A stretch of DNA of 64,000 nt from Bacteroidales bacterium (lineage in GTDB: Bacteria > Bacteroidota > Bacteroidia > Bacteroidales > VadinHA17). A program made the translations under genes and the position numbers. The notes beneath the pieces were generated by a model. The model was not told the origin of the DNA. It searched no databases and saw only the letters and a list, made by a program, of their open reading frames with translations. Positions 34,438 to 43,748 of the stretch are shown here, in pieces. Within the stretch, counting starts at the first letter, position 1. Each line of letters opens with the position of its first letter. The DNA is taken from contig DAOOUQ010000016.1 of NCBI GenBank assembly GCA_035390825.1, positions 8,250 to 72,249 of the forward strand, in the 5' to 3' direction.

Positions 34438-37114
34438 CCAGTTCTTCTTTTTCATCTTCTTCTCCGGAAGTTCCGGCATACCTGGCCGGATAAGGAGCAT
34501 TGCCCTTTTCTGCGAACCAAAGTATCCTGTTCAGGAGATCATCATTGCCGGAATCCACTCCGTCAAATTCGGGAAGGAGGCTCTTCCTTGCATAATGGAG
34601 TGCTTTTCCTTTAAGTGATGACAGTTGCGGGTTCATCTCGTCCAACGGGATGTTCGATGGCAAGGCCTTGTATGGGGTCATGTCGGGTTCTGAGGTAAAG
34701 CAGTCAGTCATGGGGTTTGCTATTGCGTCCTGTATGTTCATCGGAGGCAACCCGAGGATCTGTTCTATTGTACGAACCATGGAAGGCTGTGTATACCAGG
34801 TGCTTATTGTTTTTTTAAGTCTCGAATAAGGACTTATAACAAGGGCCACTGTCCGGTATGCTGACACATGGTCCCATCCTCCCTGGGAATCATCTTCCAT
34901 GACGAAGATCACCGTATTTTCCCAGAATCTGCTCCGTGAAAAGGCCTCCACAATTCTTCCGAGTGCAGCATCATTATCGGCGACCATTGCCCTTGGTGTT
35001 GGATATCCGGGCCTTACCCCGGCGGTATGATCATTCGGGAGTGCGATTATCATGAGTTCGGGCAGACGATCGCCCGGCATGCGTTCATAATCTTGAAGTT
35101 CCTTAATTAATGCATCCGCCCTCATTGCATCGGTGAACTCATGGTTTCCATAGGAAGGATAGGTCTGTGACAGGATAGGCCTCACAGGGTCGATAGTCGT
35201 ATGGTTATAAAACTTAACTCTTTCACCGTTAATGTATTTCCTGTAAACATCGGCCCATTTGAGTTTTTCTTCAAGAACAGGCACAGATGCTTCACCATAG
35301 ATTTGTACCGATTTACCATGGCTCAGGGCATTATCCCAGAGAAATCCTGTGGGAGCATAAACAAGGGCGTCAGTCTGAACATGTGCATAGCTTCTGAACC
35401 AGGCTCTCATGTTTTTTTCAATATAATCAGTGACAATGGAAGCATCGGTCCATTGGTGTCCTTCGGCGGAACATTTGCCGGAAGCCATGAAATTATCGAG
35501 CAGGAGGAATTCCCTTGCAAGCTTGTGTGTGTTGGGAGTGATGTTTTCGCCGTAAGTACAAAGGGCCGGATCTCCGTTTCCCTCCTTCATGTCGCCAAGT
35601 ATCTGGTCATATGTCCTGTTCTCCTTGATAATATAAACAACATGGCGGAAGACCGAAGGCTCCCCGATTCGGTCAGGGACTGTTTTCGGCAAGGTGCCGG
35701 GCCGGGGAGTTTCTCTTGCGAGGGCAGCTCTGGCCAGATCGTTTACTGCGATGACGGTGTCGGTATATTCTTTCAGATTTTTAAATACTGACGGAGGAAT
35801 AACGGATACCGAGGCCTCCATGCTGTGGGAATTGTAAATAAGGTTTTGGGTTGTTGCGTAGTTGAGCCCAAGTCTTGCCCCGTTAGCCTCGATATTTGCC
35901 ACATACACAACGCCTTCCCTTGTAACTGCAAGTCCTGAAGGATAGGCTCCTGTCGGGATAAACCCGCGGATGACGCTTTTTGTTCCTGAGCCTTTTCTTG
36001 CCGCTCTCCTCGAAAGCTGAACAACAGCCAGTGCATTATCCATGCCGTTTGCTACATAAAGATACTTCTGGTCGCTGGAAAGACACAATCCGTCAGGGGA
36101 ATCACCGAAATAGGGGTTTATTTCCGGCTGCAGCCTCACGCTTATCGTTTCGGTTATCTCATCGATAAGCGTATTTATGACTGTGACATTATCGCTGTTA
36201 GAATTTGTCACATAGACATATCTTCCCGACTTGTCACTTATTATTTCATTTGGATGCAGACCAACAACAATTTCTTTAACAAGTGTGCCTGTTCGCGGAT
36301 CAATAACAGCAACACTGCCCTCGCGGGTGGATCCGCCGGCTTTGTTATTTACTCTTGCAATTCCCCATGGTACGCCGGCAACATCTTTATCGCCGGAAAG
36401 CGGATGCCGCCCCGCCCAGTTTGTGACATACAGCTTTCCTGCTGCCAATGTAAGGCCATAGGGAGCAACGCCCGGATCAGCAACCCAGATTGTGTCTCCG
36501 GTTGCCAGATCCTGTTTTATGACTTTATTGTTACCGTTGAGAACGACATAAAGGTATGCCTTTTCCGGTTCCTTACTGATAAGTATCTCGTTTGGAAGGG
36601 CCATTTCAGCAGGAGGATTCTTTTTATACTCGAATAATCTTCCGAATTCGGCTTTCGTTCCATCCCAACTGGCGGAAGCGACATACGACCTGTCATCGAT
36701 TCCTACAACACTCCAGTATATTTCAGGTTTACCATTGTTGTTGTACCAGGTCAGTCCTGAATAGGTGTTCATGGCACCTCTGAGGGCTGTATGAAGGCTG
36801 TTCCTCAGAATGTATCTGATCGTATTATCGGTGGTGCTTATAAATACGATGCTGGAACGTTCAAGAACGGCAAGCCACTTTCTGTCGGGAGAGACAGCCA
36901 CTTCCATGGCATGGCTTTCATTTGATGCATCACCGAACAGGATCTGTTTGCCGGCCGGCTGTATGAGCCTGTTGTAAGGCAGCTGCACCTGTCTGGTTCC
37001 GATCTTCACCTCTTCCTGTTGAAGAACCTGTCCGTTTAGTGTGCTAAGGAGCCCCCAGAATATCACGACCGGCAAATACCGACGACCATAATGGAACCTG
37101 TCTGTAAACTTCAT
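34430..37114 (-). CDS. Secreted fusion protein: N-terminal YVTN/beta-propeller repeats plus a C-terminal phosphoesterase domain (phospholipase C / acid phosphatase AcpA family)
   Basis: The 894-aa protein has a signal peptide and propeller-like repeats (YLYVANG, YVYVTNS, LYVTNW). Phosphoesterase-family motifs YIIKENRTYDQILGD and EDDSQGGWDHV follow. Confidence 0.75.
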   Translation of the reverse strand: MKFTDRFHYGRRYLPVVIFWGLLSTLNGQVLQQEEVKIGTRQVQLPYNRLIQPAGKQILFGDASNESHAMEVAVSPDRKWLAVLERSSIVFISTTDNTIRYILRNSLHTALRGAMNTYSGLTWYNNNGKPEIYWSVVGIDDRSYVASASWDGTKAEFGRLFEYKKNPPAEMALPNEILISKEPEKAYLYVVLNGNNKVIKQDLATGDTIWVADPGVAPYGLTLAAGKLYVTNWAGRHPLSGDKDVAGVPWGIARVNNKAGGSTREGSVAVIDPRTGTLVKEIVVGLHPNEIISDKSGRYVYVTNSNSDNVTVINTLIDEITETISVRLQPEINPYFGDSPDGLCLSSDQKYLYVANGMDNALAVVQLSRRAARKGSGTKSVIRGFIPTGAYPSGLAVTREGVVYVANIEANGARLGLNYATTQNLIYNSHSMEASVSVIPPSVFKNLKEYTDTVIAVNDLARAALARETPRPGTLPKTVPDRIGEPSVFRHVVYIIKENRTYDQILGDMKEGNGDPALCTYGENITPNTHKLAREFLLLDNFMASGKCSAEGHQWTDASIVTDYIEKNMRAWFRSYAHVQTDALVYAPTGFLWDNALSHGKSVQIYGEASVPVLEEKLKWADVYRKYINGERVKFYNHTTIDPVRPILSQTYPSYGNHEFTDAMRADALIKELQDYERMPGDRLPELMIIALPNDHTAGVRPGYPTPRAMVADNDAALGRIVEAFSRSRFWENTVIFVMEDDSQGGWDHVSAYRTVALVISPYSRLKKTISTWYTQPSMVRTIEQILGLPPMNIQDAIANPMTDCFTSEPDMTPYKALPSNIPLDEMNPQLSSLKGKALHYARKSLLPEFDGVDSGNDDLLNRILWFAEKGNAPYPARYAGTSGEEDEKEELDD

Positions 37115-37215
37115 ATCTCAATGGTTTTTTACATTAACTATGTCAACAGTGCGCTCCTAAGATAGCTTAAAAATGAAAAGGCTGTATCATAAGTTAAGTT
37201 CTGATAACATTTCCC

Positions 37216-37311
37216 TTTGTGAAAATTTGTGAGAACTTTGTTATCCTTTGTGGTTAAAGAAAATCAGATTTTCCCACAGGGGAGCCAAAGGATTCACAAA
37301 TGATTCACAAA
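37216..37311. repeat. Helically phased TTTGTGA repeats (4 direct, then 2 inverted) upstream of the phosphoesterase gene
   Basis: TTTGTGA lies at 37216 and 37226, TTTGTTA at 37237 and TTTGTGG at 37247, a spacing of 10-11 nt. The inverted copies GATTCACAAA lie at 37291-37300 and 37302-37311. Confidence 0.75.
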
Positions 37312-37347
37312 GGTGATTATTTGACTTACAATACAGCTTCTTATAAT

Positions 37348-37725
37348 TCAGAACGGAAGATCGGTCATCTCATCTTCCGGTGGTATGTCATCAAAGGTAC
37401 TATGCGGCGGAACATTCTGGGCCTTTCCCGAATCAGCGACTTTTTCAATTTTCCAGGCATCGAGGTTCGTGAAATAATTGACTTTGCCATCACGTTCCCA
37501 TTTATTGCCTTTCAGATTAAATGAAACCCTTACCTCTTCGTTGAGATATGACTCGTTGATAAGGTCGCATTTATCCTGAATAAGCTGGAATTTGATATAG
37601 TCAATAAAGACTGCATTTCCGCCAGTCTCTTTTTTCTCAATTACAAATTCGCGTTTTCTGAATTTGTCACTGACCTGGTTTACAGGCATTATGTCAATTA
37701 CTTTGCCTGAAATTTCGAAAGCCAT
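37348..37725 (-). CDS. DUF3127 domain protein
   Basis: The 125-aa protein has an N-terminus (MAFEISGKVIDIMPVNQVS...KREFVIE) typical of this Bacteroidota family. Confidence 0.6.
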   Translation of the reverse strand: MAFEISGKVIDIMPVNQVSDKFRKREFVIEKKETGGNAVFIDYIKFQLIQDKCDLINESYLNEEVRVSFNLKGNKWERDGKVNYFTNLDAWKIEKVADSGKAQNVPPHSTFDDIPPEDEMTDLPF

Positions 37726-37726
37726 A

Positions 37727-38185
37727 TTATTCCTCCTTAATAACTATCTTTTCGATTCTGTCGCCCTGTTTTATAAGGTCAATTACATCAAGTCCCGAAG
37801 TCACTTTGCCGAAGCACGTGTGCTGCCTGTCGAGATGCTTTGTATTTGCACGGTTATGACAGATGAAGAACTGGGATCCACCGGTGTTTCTTCCGGCGTG
37901 TGCCATTGAAAGAACTCCGCGGTCGTGATACTGGTTTCCGCCTGTAAGTTCGCATTTGATGTGGTATCCCGGACCGCCTGTTCCGACTCTTGGATCATTC
38001 ATATCCTTTGAGTAGGGGCAACCTCCCTGGATTACGAAGTCAGGGATTACCCTATGGAATGCCAGGCCGTCATAAAAACCTTCCTTTGCAAGCTTAACAA
38101 AGTTCTCCACAGTATTTGGTGCATCTTCCTGGTAAAAGCTTATCTCCATCACACCTTTGGATGTATGTATCTCGGCAGTTCTCAT
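37727..38185 (-). CDS. Cyclophilin-type peptidyl-prolyl isomerase
   Basis: The 152-aa protein has FHRVIPDFVIQGG, GxLSMAHAG and GSQFFI motifs. Confidence 0.9.
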   Translation of the reverse strand: MRTAEIHTSKGVMEISFYQEDAPNTVENFVKLAKEGFYDGLAFHRVIPDFVIQGGCPYSKDMNDPRVGTGGPGYHIKCELTGGNQYHDRGVLSMAHAGRNTGGSQFFICHNRANTKHLDRQHTCFGKVTSGLDVIDLIKQGDRIEKIVIKEE

Positions 38186-38899
38186 TTACTGGACGATCTC
38201 AAGCAGTTCAACATCAAAAACAAGTGTCGAGAAGGGTTTGATCACGTCGCCTGCCTGGTTTGCACCGTAAGCGAGATTCTCAGGAATGTAAAGCTTGAAT
38301 TTTGAACCCACCGGCATAAGCTGCAAGGCTTCTGTCCATCCCGGAATAACACCTGATACGGGGAACTGGACAGGTTCGCCTCTTTTAACCGACGAATCAA
38401 ATTCGGTTCCGTCGATAAGAGTTCCGGTATAATGCACTTTTACCGTACTGCTGGCAGTCGGCCTGGGGCCTGTTCCCATTTTGATAACCTCATACTGGAG
38501 CCCGCTCGGGGTGACAGTCACTCCGCTTTTATCCTTGTTCTTTGCAAGGAATGCTTCGTTCTCGGCTATATAATCCTTATAAAGGATCTTGTCCTGCTCC
38601 GCTTTCCGTGCCTGCTGCTGTGCCTGCCTCTCGGTTACGAACTGCATGATGAATCCTCTTGCTATTTCATCCGACATCTCAGGTTTCTCGTTTTCTCCGT
38701 CGAGCATTGCTTTGGCAACCAGTCTCGCGTCAAGTTTAAGACTGTCGCTTTTCAGAGCATTGAAATTAACGATACCGAAAGCATAGGAAAGAGAGTCTTC
38801 TCTTGTTTTCATTTTTGCACCTGATATGTTGTTCTTGGAACAGGAGGTCAGCATAATTGCAACTGTGCCTGCAAGAACAATTAATCCTTTGATTTTCAT
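38186..38899 (-). CDS. FKBP-type peptidyl-prolyl isomerase (FkpA/Mip-like), lipoprotein
   Basis: The 237-aa protein has a signal peptide and lipobox (LTSCS). Its C-terminal FKBP domain has [16 protein letters not shown] and LVFDVELL. Confidence 0.9.
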   Translation of the reverse strand: MKIKGLIVLAGTVAIMLTSCSKNNISGAKMKTREDSLSYAFGIVNFNALKSDSLKLDARLVAKAMLDGENEKPEMSDEIARGFIMQFVTERQAQQQARKAEQDKILYKDYIAENEAFLAKNKDKSGVTVTPSGLQYEVIKMGTGPRPTASSTVKVHYTGTLIDGTEFDSSVKRGEPVQFPVSGVIPGWTEALQLMPVGSKFKLYIPENLAYGANQAGDVIKPFSTLVFDVELLEIVQ

Positions 38900-38976
38900 T
38901 TGATATAGTTTTAAATTTAAAAATTAGCGCAAAGATAATACTTTGGCTTCAGCAAAAAAGTGATGGTGATAAATTT

Positions 38977-39633
38977 TTAACTTTTTATGGCACGAAGGAT
39001 CTGCCTCTTTCCGGGAGGTCCCGGAAGCAATGTGATGTTGAATCCCGATCTTTTCAGGCTTCTCTGAACGCTGCCTTTCACACTGTAGGTCACAAGTATC
39101 CCACCCCTGCAGGTTGCTGCCCCAATCATGGCGAAAATATCATCGCTCCACATCCCGGGTTGCTTGTCGGGTCCGAATGCATCGAAATATACAAGATCGA
39201 AAGTTCCGTCAATGTTTAGGGACAAAAGGTCGCCTTCAATTTTGTTGAGTGTAAAATTCCGGGTCAGCTGTACAAGTGAATTCCAGCGGCATCCGTGTAT
39301 TTTGTCAAAAAGAAGCCTGCTGTCACCCTTCAGCATATCCGGATAGTTGAGTGATGAGGTAATCTCAGGCGGAAGCGGATACTTTTCAACTGATGAATAA
39401 TATACTTTTCTGTTCAGCTTTTCAGAATGGATGCAGGTAAGCAACGCGTTAAGCCCTGTTCCGAACCCTATCTCAAGTATCCTTATAGGGTTGGCTTCCG
39501 AAAAGTCGAATCCTGAATTTATGAAGATATGCTCTGACTCCTGTATTGCCCCGTGAACCGAATGATAATGTTCATCAAGTTCGCTGACATAAAGTGTGTC
39601 TGATCCGTCTTCCGTTCTGACTATTTCTGCCAT
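38977..39633 (-). CDS. mnmD: tRNA (mnm5s2U34) methyltransferase MnmD (MnmC methyltransferase-domain homologue)
   Basis: It has YHSVHGAIQES, ILEIGFGTGLN and DLVYFDAFGPDKQPGMW motifs. The start is taken at Met9 to avoid overlap with the upstream HAD gene. Confidence 0.7.
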   Translation of the reverse strand: MAEIVRTEDGSDTLYVSELDEHYHSVHGAIQESEHIFINSGFDFSEANPIRILEIGFGTGLNALLTCIHSEKLNRKVYYSSVEKYPLPPEITSSLNYPDMLKGDSRLLFDKIHGCRWNSLVQLTRNFTLNKIEGDLLSLNIDGTFDLVYFDAFGPDKQPGMWSDDIFAMIGAATCRGGILVTYSVKGSVQRSLKRSGFNITLLPGPPGKRQILRAIKS

Positions 39634-39650
39634 TTTTTCCCGTTTGCCGG

Positions 39651-40253
39651 CTACCATTCCGAATCATACCACGACCTGACATCTGTTACCTTCATTCCGG
39701 CTTTCAAAGCAGCCTCGATACCGAGGTCGCCGTCTTCAAAGACCTCAATAAACCGTGGTTCAATGTCCATCATTTCAGCACATTTCAGGAAGGTTTCAGG
39801 GTGTGGCTTAAAATTATTCACATCGTTGGCGGTGACAATTATCTCAAAATACTTCCTGAGGTCAGTAATTTCCAGTGTCCTTTCCACAGCTTCCCGGTGT
39901 CCACCTGTTCCGACGGCCATGGGAAGAATTCCATGGTAGTTTTTAACAATGTCTGTGACAGGCTTGATGGGTTTGACAAGATGCTGGTATTTATTAAACT
40001 CCTGCATCTTTTCCCCGACGATCTGATCGATGCTTACATTGCCATCCAGCTTGCAGTCGCTAATGATTTCCTTTGCAATGAACCACCCGGGGCTGCCGGT
40101 ATGTTTTCTCAGGAATTTGTTGTCGATATGGGCGCCGTACTTTGCACAGGCAGTCTTCCAGGCCCTGAAATGATAAGGCATTGTATCGGCAAGCGTGCCG
40201 TCAAGATCAAAGATAAGACCCGCGACCCCGGGTTGAATATCGTATTTCATCAT
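39651..40253 (-). CDS. HAD family hydrolase (beta-phosphoglucomutase-like subfamily)
   Basis: The 200-aa protein has the GLIFDLDGTLADT motif I and a C-terminal EDGDLG motif. Confidence 0.8.
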   Translation of the reverse strand: MMKYDIQPGVAGLIFDLDGTLADTMPYHFRAWKTACAKYGAHIDNKFLRKHTGSPGWFIAKEIISDCKLDGNVSIDQIVGEKMQEFNKYQHLVKPIKPVTDIVKNYHGILPMAVGTGGHREAVERTLEITDLRKYFEIIVTANDVNNFKPHPETFLKCAEMMDIEPRFIEVFEDGDLGIEAALKAGMKVTDVRSWYDSEW

Positions 40254-40317
40254 TGAAAATTAGGGGGCAAAGATATAAAAAAAGATTAAGCCTGATTTTA
40301 ACGACACTGAAAGGGAT

Positions 40318-41409
40318 TCAGCGGACCCTGAGGTTTGCCTGTCTTTCAAACCAGCTGCAATCGGTTTTCAGATATGAAAGTATTGTATTTCTTTTGTTTA
40401 TCAGGGCGAAAAAGCCATCAAGGAATGTAGTCATATCCTTCCTGGATCTTGGACTCAGGTAAGGAAAATCATTTATTACCTTGTACAATGCATCCTTCTT
40501 CTGAACAAACTCATTTATGGTATTCATAAATGTTTCGTCGCTCCTGCATACTGCCATATAAAGCCTTTGCCTTGTATTTTCGATGGGAAGGTTTTCAAAG
40601 GGGATGGCATAGTCTGTATTCACTATTCCGGAGTAATCAAAATCGTATGGTATTGCAAGATTTGCCTGGTTGTCAGGAGCCCCCTGCTGATACATAAGCT
40701 GAATATTATGGCCTATTGGTACCGACCAGTCGGTGTTCCCGATCATGTAGTTGAACAATGCGGCCCTGTCGAGCATGTCAGGCCTGAGATTCCGCTGGGT
40801 AAGACCAGGGTATGTAATCTCCTGTGTTTTTGTTCGTTTTTCGAGATGACTGATGGGTTCAATTGCAAAGCCGTATTGTGCAATTGGCTTTTTTTCTTTT
40901 GCAGTGTTAATGTAATTTATCTTGAAAAGCCTGACCCTGAAGCTGTAATCCGTTATTACATTGTAAAGCTTGTAAACGAGGTATTCCCTGAGGATATAAT
41001 CTTCAAATCCCAGCTTGCAATAAGTAACGAACTTCAACTTGTTTATACCCGCGAATTTCGAATCGGCCGGATCCTTCATCCGGAAGTTGAGCATAAGAGG
41101 AGGGAAATCACAAATAGCCGAACGCCTTATGTTTCCTCTGGGCCTGACTTTGATTTTTTTTTCAATCGTATCGTTTATGTTTTCGACATATTTGAGTCTG
41201 GCATCAAGGTAATTGTCACTCATTTTTTCTTTTTTGTACTTTGTTATATCAAAGCTCAGAAAAATCTCAAACAGGTCATCTGAATCAAAAAGTGTAACCT
41301 TTACGTCCTGTGTATCCGCAATTGTAAGGTCTTTCAGCATGGTATCGGCCTGTCCGGATGCTGATATTTCCAACAGGCAAAGCAGCGGCACTGTTAAGAA
41401 CTTCTTCAT
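40318..41409 (-). CDS. Hypothetical secreted protein, possibly a remote CotH-like fold
   Basis: The 363-aa protein has a signal peptide. The motif series RPRGNIRR / REYLVYKLYN / GNTDWSVPIGHN / IPYDFDYSG loosely resembles the CotH kinase-family pattern. Support is weak and from memory only. Confidence 0.3.
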   Translation of the reverse strand: MKKFLTVPLLCLLEISASGQADTMLKDLTIADTQDVKVTLFDSDDLFEIFLSFDITKYKKEKMSDNYLDARLKYVENINDTIEKKIKVRPRGNIRRSAICDFPPLMLNFRMKDPADSKFAGINKLKFVTYCKLGFEDYILREYLVYKLYNVITDYSFRVRLFKINYINTAKEKKPIAQYGFAIEPISHLEKRTKTQEITYPGLTQRNLRPDMLDRAALFNYMIGNTDWSVPIGHNIQLMYQQGAPDNQANLAIPYDFDYSGIVNTDYAIPFENLPIENTRQRLYMAVCRSDETFMNTINEFVQKKDALYKVINDFPYLSPRSRKDMTTFLDGFFALINKRNTILSYLKTDCSWFERQANLRVR

Positions 41410-41468
41410 GGGTGCGGTTTTTTCAGGGATAAACCCTGATCTAATTTACGAAAGAGAATCCGGAAATG

Positions 41469-41500
41469 AAAAAAAAACAGGCCGCTGATGAGGCGGCCTG
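41469..41500 (-). terminator. Rho-independent terminator downstream of tkt
   Basis: The 8-bp GC-rich stem pairs CAGGCCGC (41478-41485) with GCGGCCTG (41493-41500). On the minus strand it is followed by a 9-nt T run (A run at 41469-41477). Confidence 0.75.
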
Positions 41501-41521
41501 AACGAATGATCATAATGTTTA

Positions 41522-43567
41522 TCATTTATATTGAGCCAGGCAGGATTTTACCTGGTGATAAACATTCTCTGCGGTGAAACCGAGTTTTTCATCAAGTACC
41601 TTGTATGGAGCCGAATATCCGAAGCTTGTAACGCCCCACACCATTCCCTTTGGTCCGGCAAGGCCCTGAAGGGTTACAGGCAGCCCGGCAGTCAGTCCGA
41701 ATACCGGAACGTCATCAGGAATCACAGATTTCCTGTATGCTTCGGGTTGATTCCTGAAGAGTCCTTCCGAGGGGGCCGACACAATCCTTATTTTCAAGCC
41801 GTCCTTTTCAAGCAAACCTGCTCCTTCAACAAGGGTGGACACTTCGGAACCGCTTGCAATAAGAACAACATCAGGCCTGCCTTCACAGTCGCTTACTATA
41901 TAGGCTCCTTTTTCCATTTTCAGCGCATCGGAGTACCTGTCATTGCCCCGCGATGGAAGATCCCTGATGTTTTGCCGCGACAATATCAGCGCAGTGGGTG
42001 TGAGTCTGTTCCCTAGTGCAAGTTTCCATGCAACTGTTGTTTCATTGGAATCGGCCGGACGAAGGACAAGCATGCTGTTCTTTCCGTGGTGGTTCCTGAG
42101 CTGCTCCATTAACCTTATCTGGGCTTCCTGTTCGACAGGCTGATGTGTGGGTCCGTCTTCACCGACCCTGAAGGCGTCATGGGTCCAGATATATATAACA
42201 GGCAGGCCCATAAGGCAGGCCAGCCTGACAGCCGGTTTCATATAATCGGAAAAAACGAAAAAGGTACCGCATGCAGGGATCACACCGCCGTGGAGTGCCA
42301 TCCCGTTCATAACCGCTGCCATTGTCAGTTCCGATACTCCTGCCTGAAGGAAGGCTCCTGTGAAATCGCCTTTTGAAAATGCTCTGGTGTTTTTAAGGAA
42401 TCCATCAGTTTTGTCAGAGTTGGAAAGGTCGGCAGATGCAACAACCATGTTTTCCATCTTTGTCGCAAGAACTCCGAGAACGGCAGCAGATGCTGCCCTT
42501 GTTGCTGATCCTTCCTTTTGTTTTATTTCCCTGAAATCAATGTCCGGAAATTCACCTGACCAGAACATATGAAGCTTTTTATCAGCTTCCCTGTTCCTTT
42601 CGGCCCATTCATTTTTCCTGCGCTTCCATTCTGATGCAGCCTTTCGTTTGTTTTTGAGGATTTCAGAATAAAGTTGTCTGACATCATCGAATACCGCGAA
42701 AGGATCGTCAATGTTACCGCCAAGGTTGACCAGTGATTTTTCGAACGATCCTCCGGCCTCGCTAACAGGCATGCCATGGGTCGATGTCCTCCTTTCAAAA
42801 CTGTTCCCGTCGCTGTCGAGGAGCCCTTTACCCATTATTGTCTTTCCTATGATTATGGTGGGCCTTTCTTTTTCATCAAGGGCTTCGGTGAGAGCTTTTC
42901 TTATCTGATCATGGTCATTGCCGTCAATTTTAATTACGTTCCATCCCCACGACCTGTATTTCATGGCGGTATCCTCTGAAGTGACTGCCCTTGTTTCCGT
43001 GGAAAGCTGTATGTCGTTCGAGTCATAGAACATAACAAGGTTATTCAGCCCGAGATGGCCTGCCAGCCGGCCTGCACCCTGTGATATCTCCTCCTGTATT
43101 CCTCCATCGGAGATGAAGGCATAGGTTTTATGTGAGAACAATTCGCCGAAACGGGCTGCCAGGAACCTTTCCGCGATAGCTGCGCCCACAGCCATAGCAT
43201 GTCCCTGTCCCAGAGGACCCGATGTGTTCTCGATGCCTCTCATGACATCAAGTTCCGGGTGACCGGGGGTGGGGCTTCCCCATTGCCTGAAACTTTTAAG
43301 TTCTTCAGTTGTGAAACGTCCGGCAAGCGTAAGTACAGAATAGAGCATAGGCGACATATGCCCGGGATCAAGGAAAAACCTGTCACGGTTTATCCATGCA
43401 GGATCGTCGGGATCAAAATTCAGGAATTCCGAAAAGAGGATATGAATAAAATCTGCTCCACCCATTGCACCTCCGGGATGTCCCGATCTGGCTTTCTCAA
43501 CCATTGCCATCGAAAGTATCCTGATGTTGTCTGCCGCTCTCTTATGAACTTCAAGATTCATCTGCAT
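41522..43567 (-). CDS. tkt: Transketolase
   Basis: The 681-aa protein has an N-terminus with SGHPGGAMG, the ThDP motif GDGGIQEE and a C-terminal transketolase domain. Confidence 0.95.
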   Translation of the reverse strand: MQMNLEVHKRAADNIRILSMAMVEKARSGHPGGAMGGADFIHILFSEFLNFDPDDPAWINRDRFFLDPGHMSPMLYSVLTLAGRFTTEELKSFRQWGSPTPGHPELDVMRGIENTSGPLGQGHAMAVGAAIAERFLAARFGELFSHKTYAFISDGGIQEEISQGAGRLAGHLGLNNLVMFYDSNDIQLSTETRAVTSEDTAMKYRSWGWNVIKIDGNDHDQIRKALTEALDEKERPTIIIGKTIMGKGLLDSDGNSFERRTSTHGMPVSEAGGSFEKSLVNLGGNIDDPFAVFDDVRQLYSEILKNKRKAASEWKRRKNEWAERNREADKKLHMFWSGEFPDIDFREIKQKEGSATRAASAAVLGVLATKMENMVVASADLSNSDKTDGFLKNTRAFSKGDFTGAFLQAGVSELTMAAVMNGMALHGGVIPACGTFFVFSDYMKPAVRLACLMGLPVIYIWTHDAFRVGEDGPTHQPVEQEAQIRLMEQLRNHHGKNSMLVLRPADSNETTVAWKLALGNRLTPTALILSRQNIRDLPSRGNDRYSDALKMEKGAYIVSDCEGRPDVVLIASGSEVSTLVEGAGLLEKDGLKIRIVSAPSEGLFRNQPEAYRKSVIPDDVPVFGLTAGLPVTLQGLAGPKGMVWGVTSFGYSAPYKVLDEKLGFTAENVYHQVKSCLAQYK

Positions 43568-43650
43568 TTAATTTGTTTTTAAAGGTCTGAAGGAACGGCC
43601 ATGAAGGTAACATTCATCAGAGAATGTGTGTTACTTGACAGGGCCGATCC

Positions 43651-43680
43651 ATAAAAAAGTACTGTGCCGTATAATACGGC
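43651..43680 (-). terminator. Possible terminator of the hydrogenase operon
   Basis: On the minus strand the hairpin GCCGTA-TTA-TACGGC is followed, after 7 nt, by TTTTTT. It lies 69 nt past the last ORF. The spacer makes it non-canonical. Confidence 0.35.
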
Positions 43681-43748
43681 TACGGTAACAAAAGTATAAT
43701 TTATTGGTTATTGAACAAAATCAGGAAGCCGGTGAAGCAGCAAAATTA

